A DNA stretch of 45,983 bases from Alphaproteobacteria bacterium MarineAlpha9_Bin7 (GCA_002938115.1 PTKD01000001.1:1-45983); one strand, 5' to 3'. Shown: positions 1 through 10,156, counted from the stretch's first letter. Notes: generated by a model from the letters alone, not told the origin. Translations and numbers: made by a program.

Positions 1-302
1 CTACCAAGTTAACGGGCTGTGTTGGCCCTGGCGATATGCCGCCTTCGCGACGTAGTAGGGGATGCACCCGGAATGAGGATTTTATTTTCTTGCAACAGTA
101 AAGCAGATTGGCGCCAGTTGCGTATTGAATCTTCGAAGATTTTATAGGTTATATTATTTGTTTCTTGGAGGAAGTAGGAAAACCAGCGGCGTGATATAGT
201 GTAGCACTACTTTATTGTAGACGTGGTCAACGTTCCATATTTTTGGACAAGTCAAAATAAGTGGGATGACCATGAGCCCTGATACCAAGAAATGGTGTTC
301 AT

Positions 303-1151
303 ATGAGTGCTAATGGAGCCAGAAAGACTGCCGTCATCACCGGTGCAGCAGGCGGTATTGGCCGTATGCTTGTGTTGGCTGCACTTGACGCCGGCTATCG
401 AGTTGCTTTGCTTGATCGTGACAGGGATGGCCTGGATCGGGTCTGTGCCGAGGTGGTGGAGCCAAATCGACGAAATTGCGTATTGGCCTACCCGACTGAT
501 GTTGCTCGGGAAGAAGATTGCGTGGAGGCCGTGAAGCACGCGGCCGGAGAGTTCGGGGAGATTAGTGCACTAGTAAACGCAGCCGGTATTGGGATGGTCG
601 TAATAAGAGATTCTCACATGGTTGAGCCAGTGCGTTTTGATGAGGTCAGCGTGGAACACTGGGATCATTTTTTTGCCATAAACACCAAAGCCCCCTTTCT
701 GATGGCCAAGGCAGTATTGCCCTATCTTATCGAGTCTGGTTGGGGGCGTATCGTAAATGTGACCACCAGCATGGACACCATGCATCGGGCCGGTTTCTGT
801 CCGTATGGCCCGTCCAAGGCGGCACTTGAGGCAGCGACTGCCATCTGGGCGCAAGAGCTCAACGGGACCGGGGTGACCGTCAACGTTTTAACGCCAGGCG
901 GCCCCACGGACACGGCAATGCTTGGCCAAAAACTGCCTTTCTCTCGCAGTACTATGATAAAACCTGCCGTAATGAAGGCGCCGCTGAAATGGCTTTTGTC
1001 GCGCCATTCTGACGGTGTGAACGGGCGCCGATTTATCGGACGGTACTGGGATCCAAAATTGCCAGCTGACTTAGCCGCAGATGCTGCTGGCGGGCCGGCT
1101 GCTTGGCCGGGGGCCGGGCAGGCTGGAGTATGGCCAACCACGGATGAATGA
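303..1151 (+). CDS. SDR-family NAD(P)-dependent oxidoreductase
   Basis: 282-aa ORF with ATG start. It has the N-terminal dinucleotide-binding motif TGAAGGIG and a catalytic YxxxK (YGPSK), both typical of short-chain dehydrogenases. Confidence 0.85.
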   Translation: MSANGARKTAVITGAAGGIGRMLVLAALDAGYRVALLDRDRDGLDRVCAEVVEPNRRNCVLAYPTDVAREEDCVEAVKHAAGEFGEISALVNAAGIGMVVIRDSHMVEPVRFDEVSVEHWDHFFAINTKAPFLMAKAVLPYLIESGWGRIVNVTTSMDTMHRAGFCPYGPSKAALEAATAIWAQELNGTGVTVNVLTPGGPTDTAMLGQKLPFSRSTMIKPAVMKAPLKWLLSRHSDGVNGRRFIGRYWDPKLPADLAADAAGGPAAWPGAGQAGVWPTTDE

Positions 1152-1205
1152 AGGGCGTCGTGACCGCTTTTTGTATGAGTTGTAAGGCAACGGGGGATTG
1201 GAGAT

Positions 1206-1697
1206 ATGGATATTGAGTCCGCGAGGGGTCGGGCTGTCGTCGTGCAGCCAGAGGAGGGGCCATCCTATTGGCAACCGGTACCCGCAAATGGTTTCAGCAC
1301 AATCAAATTGACACAAGAAAACACTGGGTGCGATGTTCTCTCGTCTGGTTTTCAGACGATTGCTGCAGGTGGTCGTGTACGCGCTCATTCGCATGCCGAT
1401 CAGATTGAATTGCAGATATGCTTTCAGGGTAAAGGTACGGTCGTAGTTGCCGATCAGGAACACCCGCTATGTGCAGGCACCACTTGCTTTTTGGGTCCTG
1501 GCGTTCGCCACGAAATCATAAATGAATCTAGTACTGAGCTAGTTATGTTGTGGGTAATTGCTCCGCCCGGGTTGGATAATTTTTTTGCCGAGATAGGCCG
1601 CGTCAGGCAACCGGGTGAGATGACCCCAGAACCTTTCCCGCGGTCTGCCGATATTCGCTCAATAGAGCAGGAGAGTGGCTTTCGCGACGTAGAATAG
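1206..1697 (+). CDS. cupin domain protein
   Basis: 163-aa ORF preceded by GGAG. Both cupin motifs are visible (GGRVRAHSHADQIE and GPGVRHEIIN). Confidence 0.75.
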   Translation: MDIESARGRAVVVQPEEGPSYWQPVPANGFSTIKLTQENTGCDVLSSGFQTIAAGGRVRAHSHADQIELQICFQGKGTVVVADQEHPLCAGTTCFLGPGVRHEIINESSTELVMLWVIAPPGLDNFFAEIGRVRQPGEMTPEPFPRSADIRSIEQESGFRDVE

Positions 1698-1724
1698 GAA
1701 GTTGTCAACTTTTTTGCTGCAAAA

Positions 1725-2855
1725 CTACCTGCTTAATTTATGTCCCTTGGCTTTGGCTGTCGGGGCATGCTCCGGGAAGAGTGCCTGTAATCCCGACGCA
1801 GAAGCCTCGGAAACCCCGCGTTCTGTTATCAGGCCGCTAATTAAGCGGGCCGGCGTGACGTCAAAGGCGTAATTAGCGGCGTTGGTGCCGTCAGGTGTGA
1901 GTTGGACCGTGGCCAACGACCCATCCACGTTTCGCCCGGTGATATGCGTCACTTCACGGATGGCACGCTGCTCGATGGGTATTTCATTTAAACCATCGCT
2001 TATCGACCAATCGATGGTAGATGACGGCAATGCAACATAGAATGGTATGTCGTTATCCGTTGCTGCTAGAGCCTTTAAGTAAGTCCCAACTTTGTTCGCC
2101 ACATCTCCCTTGGCAGTTGTTCGGTCGGTGCCAACAATACATAAATCTACCTCTCCTTTTTGCATGAGATGACCACCTGCATTGTCGGCAATGACGGTGT
2201 GGGGAACGCCGTGCTGGCCTAGTTCAAAAGCTGTCAAAGCTGCACCTTGATTCCGTGGCCGAGTTTCATCAACCCAAACATGAATTAACAAACCAGCGTT
2301 GTGGGCCGCGTATATGGGAGCCGTTGCGGTGCCCCAGTCGACGGTTGCAAGCCAACCAGCATTGCAGTGAGTGAGAATGTTGATTGGTTTTCCCATCGGT
2401 TTGCGGTCCGAAATTGTTACAAGAAGCCCAAACCCATGGCGTCCAATGGCCTGGTTTGTTTCGATGTCTGCAGTACACATATTGGATGCATGGGTGTATG
2501 CAGTGTCGACACGAAATTTTCCTTCGATATTGCGGAGTACTCGCCGCATTTCGTGAATCGCCCATCGCAGATTTATCGCAGTTGGCCGAGTGTGTTCAAG
2601 CAGCTCGCATACTCGATCCAAACCGCCATCCGATGCGTCTTCGCGCATGCCAAGGCAGATCCCGTATGCCGCAGTGGCACCAATTAGCGGAGCGCCGCGC
2701 ACCATCATAGTGCTGATGGCTCTTGCGGCGTCGTCTGCTGTTTCTAGTGTGCTGATCTTGAAGTTGTGTGGCAATTGGGTTTGGTCGATGACGTTGACGC
2801 GCCACCCATCGTCCCCGACCCAAATAGTGCGATACTGCGTGCCATTCACTTTCAT
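1725..2855 (-). CDS. mtnA: S-methyl-5-thioribose-1-phosphate isomerase-like protein (eIF-2B alpha/beta/delta-related family)
   Basis: 376-aa ORF. The segments [23 protein letters not shown] and [18 protein letters not shown] match the MtnA family as I remember it. Its ATG overlaps the stop of the upstream glucan synthase gene (ATGA at 2852-2855). Confidence 0.8.
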   Translation of the reverse strand: MKVNGTQYRTIWVGDDGWRVNVIDQTQLPHNFKISTLETADDAARAISTMMVRGAPLIGATAAYGICLGMREDASDGGLDRVCELLEHTRPTAINLRWAIHEMRRVLRNIEGKFRVDTAYTHASNMCTADIETNQAIGRHGFGLLVTISDRKPMGKPINILTHCNAGWLATVDWGTATAPIYAAHNAGLLIHVWVDETRPRNQGAALTAFELGQHGVPHTVIADNAGGHLMQKGEVDLCIVGTDRTTAKGDVANKVGTYLKALAATDNDIPFYVALPSSTIDWSISDGLNEIPIEQRAIREVTHITGRNVDGSLATVQLTPDGTNAANYAFDVTPARLISGLITERGVSEASASGLQALFPEHAPTAKAKGHKLSR

Positions 2856-5560
2856 GCGCTGGCTTTCTTTGGTGAGCTAGTGCTGGCGGTTGTCGATTTT
2901 TTATACGTGTGCACGTCTTTCTCTACAAAACCTTCGTCGATATGGTCGCGGGCGGTGGTCCAATTTTCAGTGGCGTTGTTGGCGGTCATCCATAATGCTG
3001 CCATATAAGGGATCGCCTGTATTGTTAAAATTAACAACCACAAACCGTTGGCAGGCTCGGTTATATCGCAGCGCAAGAAATAACCTACGGATACGACCAC
3101 AATTAAGAGGAGTAAGGCGGATTCCGTTGCGACCATTTTAAATGCCTCGCGCAGGCCGATATTAGATACATCCTTCGGGGTTCTTCGAAAAGGTGTACCG
3201 CTTGTTATTAAGCCGCTCAGGACAGCACGGGCTACGGTATGGCTGAGCGCTAGCCCTGCCAATGCTGCTCGACACCGGTCTGCCTTGGTGCAATTCAATC
3301 GCATTGAGTAAAGCGCGTAACTGCACGCCTGTTTTGCCAGGAAGATGAACAGAACTGGTACTAAGAATATTGCCGGTGGAGTCGGAAACTGAGCGGACAT
3401 TGTTGTCATCACAACGGTCCAAACCAATGCGCTGATGGTGAAGAGGAGGCCGCCTGCATCCGCGAGCCAAGGAAGCCAGCCAGCAATGAAATGGTAACGT
3501 TGGGCTGGACTTAGCTGGCAAGGACGTAATCCGAGCAAGGCTAGACCGTGGTGCTTAAGAATTTGCATGGCGCCGTAAACCCATCGAAAACGTTGGCTTT
3601 TGTATGCGCCAAAGTCATTGGGCAATTGTCCTCGGCCGAATGAATGGGGTACGTAAGCTGAATGCCAGCCGGACTCAAGTAGGCGAAGCCCTAATTCGGC
3701 GTCTTCTGTGATACACCATTCACCCCAGCCACCGACGCGCTCGAGCGCCATTTTTCGAATTAGGGTCATTGTGCCGTGCTGTATAATGGCGTCGGCTTCG
3801 TTACGTTGCACCATGCCTATCTGAAAAAACCCTGCGTATTCCCAAAAGCATTTTCGTTTGAAGTTGTTGAGGTGAGGCGACAAGTGGTCTTGCGGGGCTT
3901 GTACTAACGCTATGGATTCATCTTCAAATAGAGGGACAAGTGTGCGTAACCAGTCCGGTTCCACTACATAGTCGCTATCCACTACGGCAATAATTTCGGC
4001 TCTATTGTCGGCAAATTCGTGAGCTAGATTTAGTGCGCCGGCCTTAAAGCCCGGGCAATGATCGCGGTGAATAAAACGAAACCGAGACCCTAGATGTGCG
4101 CAGGCGGATTCAATTGGGCGCCAGCGGCTTGGGTATCGGCAATTATTGCTTATCACAATCACTTCAAAATTTGGATATTCAAGGCCAGACAAGGAAGTGA
4201 GGGTTCGTACTACAATTTCGGGTGGTTCATCGCTGCATGGTACATGTATGGAGACGAACGGAGCATGCGCCAGGGGTGAGGAACTGGTGTTATGAAACCG
4301 GCGCTGTGGCTTACGCCAAGCAACGTTAGCAACCTGGACGAGATCAGAAATGAAAAGCGCATACAATATCCATTGGCTGATTATGAGGATTAGCCAGATT
4401 GTCAAACCAAGTGGGCTCAAATAGTAGTCTGTGAGCATCATTGATGGGCACAACATCGCCGCCACGCAACCTTGGAAACAAATTCCAATCAACAGTGCTT
4501 GTTGTATGGATATCTTTGGAAAATACTGCAGATAAATTGTCTGAATGGTTCCGCCTATAACAAGCGCAAAGAGTGCCCAATAGGCCCAGTTGGTGCGCTC
4601 CCTCACGGGGCCAATCAGCTCCCATTTAGGGTTCCGGCGAGAATCAAATATCCCCCAGTGTGCACCCACCCTGCCTTCTATGGCTGTTTTCCAGGGTTGG
4701 TCATAAGCTTCAAGTAACACGTAGTCGATATTGTTTTCTTCGGCATAGGAAAGAAAATTGCGAACAAAATAGGCTTGATTGGTACGGGAAGGTTTTGCAC
4801 CTCCGATGCGCCTACCCGCCGAGGGCCAACCGACTTCTGTTAGCACAATCGGTTTGTCTGGATACGCTTCCCGCAGCTGTTGTAGGCGGTGATCGATGTA
4901 CGGGATTGCTTGGTTGACCGGAACACCTTCCCAATAGGGCAAAATGTGCACCGCAAGAAAATCTGTGGCGGCAGCCAGCATCGGATGGTCAAGCCAAATA
5001 TGCCAGGGCTCCGCAGTGCTCACAGGTTTTCTGGTGGCAGCACGTACCAGTCTGATGTGGCTTCGAAGTGTATCTGGTGTAACTGAGTTGCGGAGTAGTG
5101 CCTCATTCCCGACCAGTACGCGTGTAACATTTTCTTGCCCTTGTGCAAGCCCAATCAGAGCTGAAAGTTCACCTCTATCGTGTTCCGGATCCACCCCAAT
5201 CCAAGCGCCAGCCAACACTTGAATGCCCATATCGGCCGCTTGTTCAGCAAGATCGAGCATAGGCCCCTGCATACTATATGTTCGGATCAGGTTGGTGATA
5301 CCAGCCAGCTGCCGGGTGTCACGGGCAACCGTGGACGCTTGCGGTAGCGTGTCGGTAGGGCTTTGATGATGTTCGTAGGGGCTGTAGGCAATCCCGCCAA
5401 TCGGTCCATTCCAACTTGGAAAGAAATTTGGAGGATTGAATGTGAACCACAAGATGAAGCTGGCTACCGCAGGCAGTAAAACGGCGACACCATTCTTTAT
5501 GACTTTGTGGCTCGGTGTGGAGCAGCGCCCGTTGTGAGGATTTGCGTGTCGGGAAGGCAC
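2852..5560 (-). CDS. NdvB-type bifunctional beta-1,3-glucan synthase (GH17-like domain fused to a processive GT2 domain, multi-pass membrane protein)
   Basis: 902-aa ORF. The N-terminal TM helix is followed by a GH17-like domain with the VGNEAL and LTEVGWPS glutamate contexts. A hydrophobic multi-TM block follows, then a GT2 domain ([34 protein letters not shown] = QxxRW) and C-terminal TM helices. Confidence 0.8.
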   Translation of the reverse strand: MPSRHANPHNGRCSTPSHKVIKNGVAVLLPAVASFILWFTFNPPNFFPSWNGPIGGIAYSPYEHHQSPTDTLPQASTVARDTRQLAGITNLIRTYSMQGPMLDLAEQAADMGIQVLAGAWIGVDPEHDRGELSALIGLAQGQENVTRVLVGNEALLRNSVTPDTLRSHIRLVRAATRKPVSTAEPWHIWLDHPMLAAATDFLAVHILPYWEGVPVNQAIPYIDHRLQQLREAYPDKPIVLTEVGWPSAGRRIGGAKPSRTNQAYFVRNFLSYAEENNIDYVLLEAYDQPWKTAIEGRVGAHWGIFDSRRNPKWELIGPVRERTNWAYWALFALVIGGTIQTIYLQYFPKISIQQALLIGICFQGCVAAMLCPSMMLTDYYLSPLGLTIWLILIISQWILYALFISDLVQVANVAWRKPQRRFHNTSSSPLAHAPFVSIHVPCSDEPPEIVVRTLTSLSGLEYPNFEVIVISNNCRYPSRWRPIESACAHLGSRFRFIHRDHCPGFKAGALNLAHEFADNRAEIIAVVDSDYVVEPDWLRTLVPLFEDESIALVQAPQDHLSPHLNNFKRKCFWEYAGFFQIGMVQRNEADAIIQHGTMTLIRKMALERVGGWGEWCITEDAELGLRLLESGWHSAYVPHSFGRGQLPNDFGAYKSQRFRWVYGAMQILKHHGLALLGLRPCQLSPAQRYHFIAGWLPWLADAGGLLFTISALVWTVVMTTMSAQFPTPPAIFLVPVLFIFLAKQACSYALYSMRLNCTKADRCRAALAGLALSHTVARAVLSGLITSGTPFRRTPKDVSNIGLREAFKMVATESALLLLIVVVSVGYFLRCDITEPANGLWLLILTIQAIPYMAALWMTANNATENWTTARDHIDEGFVEKDVHTYKKSTTASTSSPKKASA

Positions 5561-5564
5561 TTCG

Positions 5565-7181
5565 CTATTGCCTTATTGCTTGCCAACTCGAATCAAAGCT
5601 TTGCAGCAAAAGCGTGTGTAATTCGTCTAATCGGCCGAGTGCCGGTCGTGCCGGGCGGAGCCCTCTTTGGAAACCGGAAATTGTGAATGGCTCCAAAAGA
5701 GCTTCATCACGCACAAAAATATGCACCGGTGTGACCCAACGCGCATCCGCGCCAGCCACCAATGAAGGAGGTTGGTGGTCGCCGACCGCGATGACGATGG
5801 GATTTTGATCAGCGGTTATTCGCAGAAGACCACCCAGTAACTCTAGGTCATACTTTATTGCTGTGGTGTAGGCAGGTTGAAAATTGCTCCAGTCAAGGGA
5901 GTTCTGTAACGCATTTGAGAGCGTTTCCTCCTCATAGGGTGTAGACGAGAGTACGCGCCACCAGTCGGATTGGTAGGGAGGCATTGGGGCGAATGGCATG
6001 TGGCTACTAATAGTAGCGAAGAAAGTAAAGAGTGGGCGTCGATTTCTCTTGTGACCCTCGGCTCGGTAGAATTGGGCAAAACTATATTGGTCTGGTATTT
6101 CCCACCAACCAAAGGCAGGACCCCGATATTTAAGTGAAGCGGCGTCCCAGATTTTGTTGTAGTTATAAAATGCGCCCTCAGGCCATGCCATCTTTAGTCC
6201 CGGCATCAACGCAACCGCGCGATACCCTGCATTTTGGAAATATTTTGCAAGCGTTTGGCGATCGGTGGTTAGCAAAAGTTGATACTCATGTTGCGTAGTA
6301 ATCCAGGTCCCAGTCATCAGTGTGGCATGTGAGAGCCATGAGGCGCCGCCGAACGTTGGGCTCTCATACAGAGCCGTTACTGCATGCCAGCCATCTTTCT
6401 CTACGTTCTTTGCAAGGGCATCAATAGATGGTGCCAGTGCTTTGTCATGGTCCAACGTGTCAAAAACTACTGCCCCGTACGACTCGAGGAAAATCAGATA
6501 GGCATCCTTACCTTCGAGTCGAGAAAGATCGGAACTTAGGTTCGGTTGTGCCGCAAACTGATCATTTACTGAGTGGCCCGTGACGGCATCGTAAATAAAA
6601 TTCAACTGACGGATGTAGGTCAAGCTCACTGGAACTGAGAACCATCTTTCGGTGGTGATTGTCCGACTCGTCATCCCAACGACATAAAGCGTCAATGCCG
6701 ACGCTGCCAAGCCGATTAGGCTGGCGCGCAGTAACGGTTTTTCTGTAGCTTTGATGATTACGGTTATTGCCCACCAAAGGCCAAAGAATAAAGCGGTGAT
6801 ACCAACGATGATGCCCAGCACAATAGTGACGATTAACCACAATTCGTTGGCATCTAAGATCATTAACGCCACTCGCGGAAAGTGTTTTGCATCCCAGTAG
6901 AGGTTGATAGGGCGACCGTACAGGGCGGGCGCTATCACATCAGCGTATCGGCCAAGAGCCAGTATTACGAACGTTATCGCCATAATTTGCTGAGCACGCA
7001 CTTGCGTGCCTCCAAACCAAGTGCGTCGTACAGCAAGGAGCAGTAAAATCGCTGACATCTCCACCGATAATTCCGGCCTGAGCTGAATCCACGGCGTAGG
7101 CCAAACGTTATGAAAACTTAGTGAGAAATTTAGCGCTGACACAGCAAAAAGCACCAAGAACGCTTGCAACCAACCAAACAT
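5565..7181 (-). CDS. membrane-anchored sulfatase/LTA-synthase-like (alkaline phosphatase superfamily) phosphotransferase
   Basis: 538-aa ORF. About 5 N-terminal TM helices precede a soluble domain with motifs typical of LtaS/OpgB/EptA-type enzymes (LIFLESYG, TISSHMPF, AVGDHQP). It ends 4 nt upstream of the glucan synthase start. Confidence 0.7.
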   Translation of the reverse strand: MFGWLQAFLVLFAVSALNFSLSFHNVWPTPWIQLRPELSVEMSAILLLLAVRRTWFGGTQVRAQQIMAITFVILALGRYADVIAPALYGRPINLYWDAKHFPRVALMILDANELWLIVTIVLGIIVGITALFFGLWWAITVIIKATEKPLLRASLIGLAASALTLYVVGMTSRTITTERWFSVPVSLTYIRQLNFIYDAVTGHSVNDQFAAQPNLSSDLSRLEGKDAYLIFLESYGAVVFDTLDHDKALAPSIDALAKNVEKDGWHAVTALYESPTFGGASWLSHATLMTGTWITTQHEYQLLLTTDRQTLAKYFQNAGYRAVALMPGLKMAWPEGAFYNYNKIWDAASLKYRGPAFGWWEIPDQYSFAQFYRAEGHKRNRRPLFTFFATISSHMPFAPMPPYQSDWWRVLSSTPYEEETLSNALQNSLDWSNFQPAYTTAIKYDLELLGGLLRITADQNPIVIAVGDHQPPSLVAGADARWVTPVHIFVRDEALLEPFTISGFQRGLRPARPALGRLDELHTLLLQSFDSSWQAIRQ

Positions 7182-7213
7182 ATCAGGTCAATTCGGCTGT
7201 TTTCTCGGGGTCG

Positions 7214-7825
7214 CTATTGTTGGACCGCTTCAAGTTCGATGATCAATTGGATTTCATCTCCCACCCACCCGTTGGCTACCGCATAATTCATATCGTAGGA
7301 GCTGCGCCGAAAGGAGCCACGTGCTGAAATGCCGATGGTGTACTTCTTGTGACCGAATGGGTAGATCCCACTTTTGTTCCAGGTTATATCTAGGTTCATG
7401 GGCAGAGTTTTTCCGGTGAGCGTTAAAAGTCCGTTTACTATGCCAGTACGCTCCCCGGTTCGTTTACTTGAGGTGCTAGAAAAGGTCATCTCCGGAAATT
7501 CTCGGACATTTAAAAAGTCAGCGCTACGTAGATGATCATCTCGTTTTTTGTGGTTTGTGAATAGGCTATCAGTATGGATCAGCACGTTGAGTTCTGATAG
7601 CAACAAAGAATCTTCATCGAAAATAAATTGGCCTTCTGCTTTCCGAAACATGCCAAGTATTTTTGCGTAACCAATATGCTCAACTAAAAAACCGATACTG
7701 AAGTGATCTGAGTCAATAATATATTCGGCTGGCGCCGCTTGTGGTTGGCTGAGTCTTATGCCTAAAAGAAAAGCCGCGGTGATTGTGCAAGCGGCTAAGG
7801 TGAAAAATCGATTGATTGCACTCAT
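7214..7825 (-). CDS. YceI-like periplasmic (polyisoprenoid-binding family) protein
   Basis: 203-aa ORF with a signal-peptide-like N-terminus. The YceI-like pattern is present: IDSDHFSIGFLVEH...GMFRK..G.F.FDE ... RDDHLRSADFLNVREFPEMTF. Its start overlaps the upstream stop (ATGA at 7822-7825). Confidence 0.8.
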   Translation of the reverse strand: MSAINRFFTLAACTITAAFLLGIRLSQPQAAPAEYIIDSDHFSIGFLVEHIGYAKILGMFRKAEGQFIFDEDSLLLSELNVLIHTDSLFTNHKKRDDHLRSADFLNVREFPEMTFSSTSSKRTGERTGIVNGLLTLTGKTLPMNLDITWNKSGIYPFGHKKYTIGISARGSFRRSSYDMNYAVANGWVGDEIQLIIELEAVQQ

Positions 7826-8592
7826 AAGGAATCTCCCGTCGGGGAAGTGGTAGTGAGTAGGAAAAATATATCTCGTCCAAATGATATAATTAGAAAACTC
7901 AGTGCAACACCGTTGACGCTACTGGCCGTAAATGGTTCTACGATGGGGCAAAGGGCAAATAATAGTGCCATGGATTGAGTTGCACATGCTGCCTGGCGAA
8001 GTCGGCTTGGCGGCAAGGATCGTCGAAGTGCGTGCACGGGCCAACTTGCGATCATGAACAGATAACGCATGACGCCTGCTAGCAACACCCAGGCGCCTAC
8101 TTTGTCGTATTCCCAAACAAGTACAGCGAGGATCAAAATAAACGCAGCATCAACCTCCATATCAAAGCCCGCGCCAAAAGCACTTTGTATGTTTAACCGA
8201 CGGGCGATCCAGCCATCGATCCCATCGAATACAAAAGCCGTTGCCGCAAGCGATAGTAACAACCACAAGCCTGCGTCGGTGATCATTGAAGAATGTCCAA
8301 CTACGCCTGCAAAAAGAGCTACTATAACAGCGCGGGCGAGCGTGATGCGATTCGCCGCTCCAAATTCTTTTCGTGGAACGTGGTGCCGCAGTTGAATCAA
8401 CACCAATATACTTATCGCCGCGTACACCCCAAGAGCTTGAAATAAGGATTGTAAAGGGAGGCCCCATAGAAACTGGAATGCGTGAACTCCTGCAAACAAT
8501 GCCACCATACCGAGGCCAAAGTTTGCAAGAGTGCCTGCGTTGGGCGAGTACAGCACTGAAAATATGACCCAGTTTCTTGTTAAGAGTGGCAA
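7822..8592 (-). CDS. CDP-alcohol phosphatidyltransferase family protein (substrate unknown)
   Basis: 256-aa polytopic ORF. It carries a perfect DG(x)2AR(x)8G(x)3D(x)3D signature: DGWIARRLNIQSAFGAGFDMEVD. Confidence 0.8.
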   Translation of the reverse strand: MPLLTRNWVIFSVLYSPNAGTLANFGLGMVALFAGVHAFQFLWGLPLQSLFQALGVYAAISILVLIQLRHHVPRKEFGAANRITLARAVIVALFAGVVGHSSMITDAGLWLLLSLAATAFVFDGIDGWIARRLNIQSAFGAGFDMEVDAAFILILAVLVWEYDKVGAWVLLAGVMRYLFMIASWPVHALRRSLPPSRLRQAACATQSMALLFALCPIVEPFTASSVNGVALSFLIISFGRDIFFLLTTTSPTGDSL

Positions 8593-8663
8593 AGTAGCTC
8601 CAATCCCAGTTAAGGGCGACTAACATGCCGCTTATTTTGCTCCGAAGACAAGAGTTAGTGGCT

Positions 8664-8698
8664 ACTGTGACAGTGTGATTCGTCGACGCTGATCGACG
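8664..8698. promoter_or_regulatory. two short palindromes in the divergent intergenic region (candidate operator sites)
   Basis: ACTGT-G-ACAGT lies at 8664-8674. CGTCGA-N6-TCGACG lies at 8681-8698. Both sit in the roughly 113-125 bp spacer between the divergent 7822-8592 and 8718-9743 genes. Confidence 0.3.
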
Positions 8699-8717
8699 GG
8701 TAACTTTGTGGAGGCAT

Positions 8718-9743
8718 ATGCTTATGAAGAACGAAAATGGCGCCTGGGCGTATTGGGTGCAGGAGCCTGGAAGGAGTAAATTGGTATCCATGTCGTTGGC
8801 GAAGCCAGCGGAACACGAAGTGAGAATTCGAACACTTTATAGCGCTATCAGTTTAGGTACGGAACGACTCGTCTTTTCCGGCGCCGTTCCGGAGAGTCAG
8901 TACGAGTCCATGCGTGCGCCCTTCCAAGACGGAGATTTCCCTGGTCCTGTAAAGTACGGCTACTCAAACGTAGGGCGTGTCGAAGCAGGGCCACAGGAGT
9001 TGATCGGGCGCGTTGTGTTTTGTCTTTATCCGCATCAAGATAATTATGTTGTGCCGCAGGATGCCGTGGTGCCGGTGCCGAAAACAGTGCCTGCAACACG
9101 CGCTGTATTAGCCGCAAATATGGAAACTGCCATCAACGGGTTGTGGGATGTGCCACCAGTCGTTGGTAGCAAGGTCATTGTAGTGGGAGCCGGTGTGTTA
9201 GGATGTTTGATGGCGTATCTTGTGAGCAAGATACCTGGTGTCGAAGTACAGCTGGTCGACATTGATTCGGAAAAAGCATCAGTGGCCAAGGCGTTTGGCA
9301 TTCAGTTCGCTGAACCTGGCTTGGCGTCAAGTGAAGCAGACATGGTAATTCACGCATCCGGTACCTCTGAAGGCCTGGCTACGGCCTTCCAGTTGGCGGG
9401 TTTTGAGGCAACGATTTTAGAGATGAGTTGGTTTGGGAGTCACACTGTTTCCTTGCCTCTGGGTGAATCATTCCATGTGAAAAGATTGCGACTGCAATCC
9501 TCCCAGGTTGGTACTTTGGGAACAACACAACGCGCGCGTTGGGATCGTCGCCGGCGTCTCATTTTAGCACTTGAACTCCTTACTGATGAAATGCTTGACA
9601 AGTTGTTTTCCGGCCAGAGTGACTTTGAAAATTTACCTTCGACGATGGAAAGGCTGATGTTGGAGCCGCAGGGGCACTTATGCCACAGAGTTGTTTATCC
9701 TGGGGCAGATGTGAATGCTTCTTCAGGTGAGGGGGGTGAGTAA
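8718..9743 (+). CDS. MDR-superfamily dehydrogenase, zinc-less BchC-like subgroup
   Basis: The ORF opens at TTG 8706, but ATG 8718 or 8724 follows a GGAGG and is the likelier start. [14 protein letters not shown] and [10 protein letters not shown] replace the Cys and GHE zinc ligands of classic Zn-ADHs, as in BchC-type enzymes. The Rossmann motif VVGAGVLG is present. Confidence 0.7.
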   Translation: MLMKNENGAWAYWVQEPGRSKLVSMSLAKPAEHEVRIRTLYSAISLGTERLVFSGAVPESQYESMRAPFQDGDFPGPVKYGYSNVGRVEAGPQELIGRVVFCLYPHQDNYVVPQDAVVPVPKTVPATRAVLAANMETAINGLWDVPPVVGSKVIVVGAGVLGCLMAYLVSKIPGVEVQLVDIDSEKASVAKAFGIQFAEPGLASSEADMVIHASGTSEGLATAFQLAGFEATILEMSWFGSHTVSLPLGESFHVKRLRLQSSQVGTLGTTQRARWDRRRRLILALELLTDEMLDKLFSGQSDFENLPSTMERLMLEPQGHLCHRVVYPGADVNASSGEGGE

Positions 9744-10156
9744 TGTACAGTTTATCAGTCCGCGATCATTTTATGGTTGCGCACAGTTTTGATGGAAGAG
9801 TTTTTGGTCCTGCACAAAGATTACACGGCGCGACATACGTGGTTGATTTGGTGTTCAAGCGACGAGAGCTCGACGACAATGGCTTGGTAGTTGATATTGG
9901 ACTAGCTGGCACTGTTTTGCGGGAGGTATTAGACGATTTGAATTATCGCAATCTTGATGATGAGCCCGATTTCTCTGGCTCCAATACTACTACGGAAATG
10001 CTTGCTGGGGTGATTTTTGGGCGAATGCGTCAACGAATTGAGGTGGGAGCACTTGGCCCAGAAGGTTCCACCCTAACTGGAATGTCAGTTACTCTGCATG
10101 AGTCTCATCTGGCGTGGGCGCGTTATGAGGCCGACTTCAGCATTCCAAGCGAATAA
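9743..10156 (+). CDS. COG0720 (6-pyruvoyl-tetrahydropterin synthase / QueD)-like protein with divergent active site
   Basis: 137-aa ORF whose ATG overlaps the upstream TAA (TAATG). The fold signature FMVAHSF ... [11 protein letters not shown] resembles the PTPS/QueD pattern AAH ... CxxxHGH. The Cys and the second His of HGH are replaced. Confidence 0.7.
   Translation: MYSLSVRDHFMVAHSFDGRVFGPAQRLHGATYVVDLVFKRRELDDNGLVVDIGLAGTVLREVLDDLNYRNLDDEPDFSGSNTTTEMLAGVIFGRMRQRIEVGALGPEGSTLTGMSVTLHESHLAWARYEADFSIPSE

Noticed and set aside
1-302. Possible partial gene or RNA at the left edge
   Set aside because: No ORF could be anchored and no recognisable RNA motif was seen. It is probably the promoter or 5' region of the SDR gene, possibly with the extreme end of a neighbouring gene that is cut by the window.
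722-1141. 139-aa minus-strand ORF inside the SDR gene
   Set aside because: It is fully antisense to a well-supported CDS with clear family motifs. Its composition is Ala/Pro/Gly-rich, typical of shadow ORFs.
8162-8791. 209-aa minus-strand ORF spanning the start of the CDP-alcohol transferase gene and the divergent promoter
   Set aside because: It is an alternative frame of a gene whose frame is fixed by a perfect family signature. It would run through the promoter spacer and into the opposite gene.
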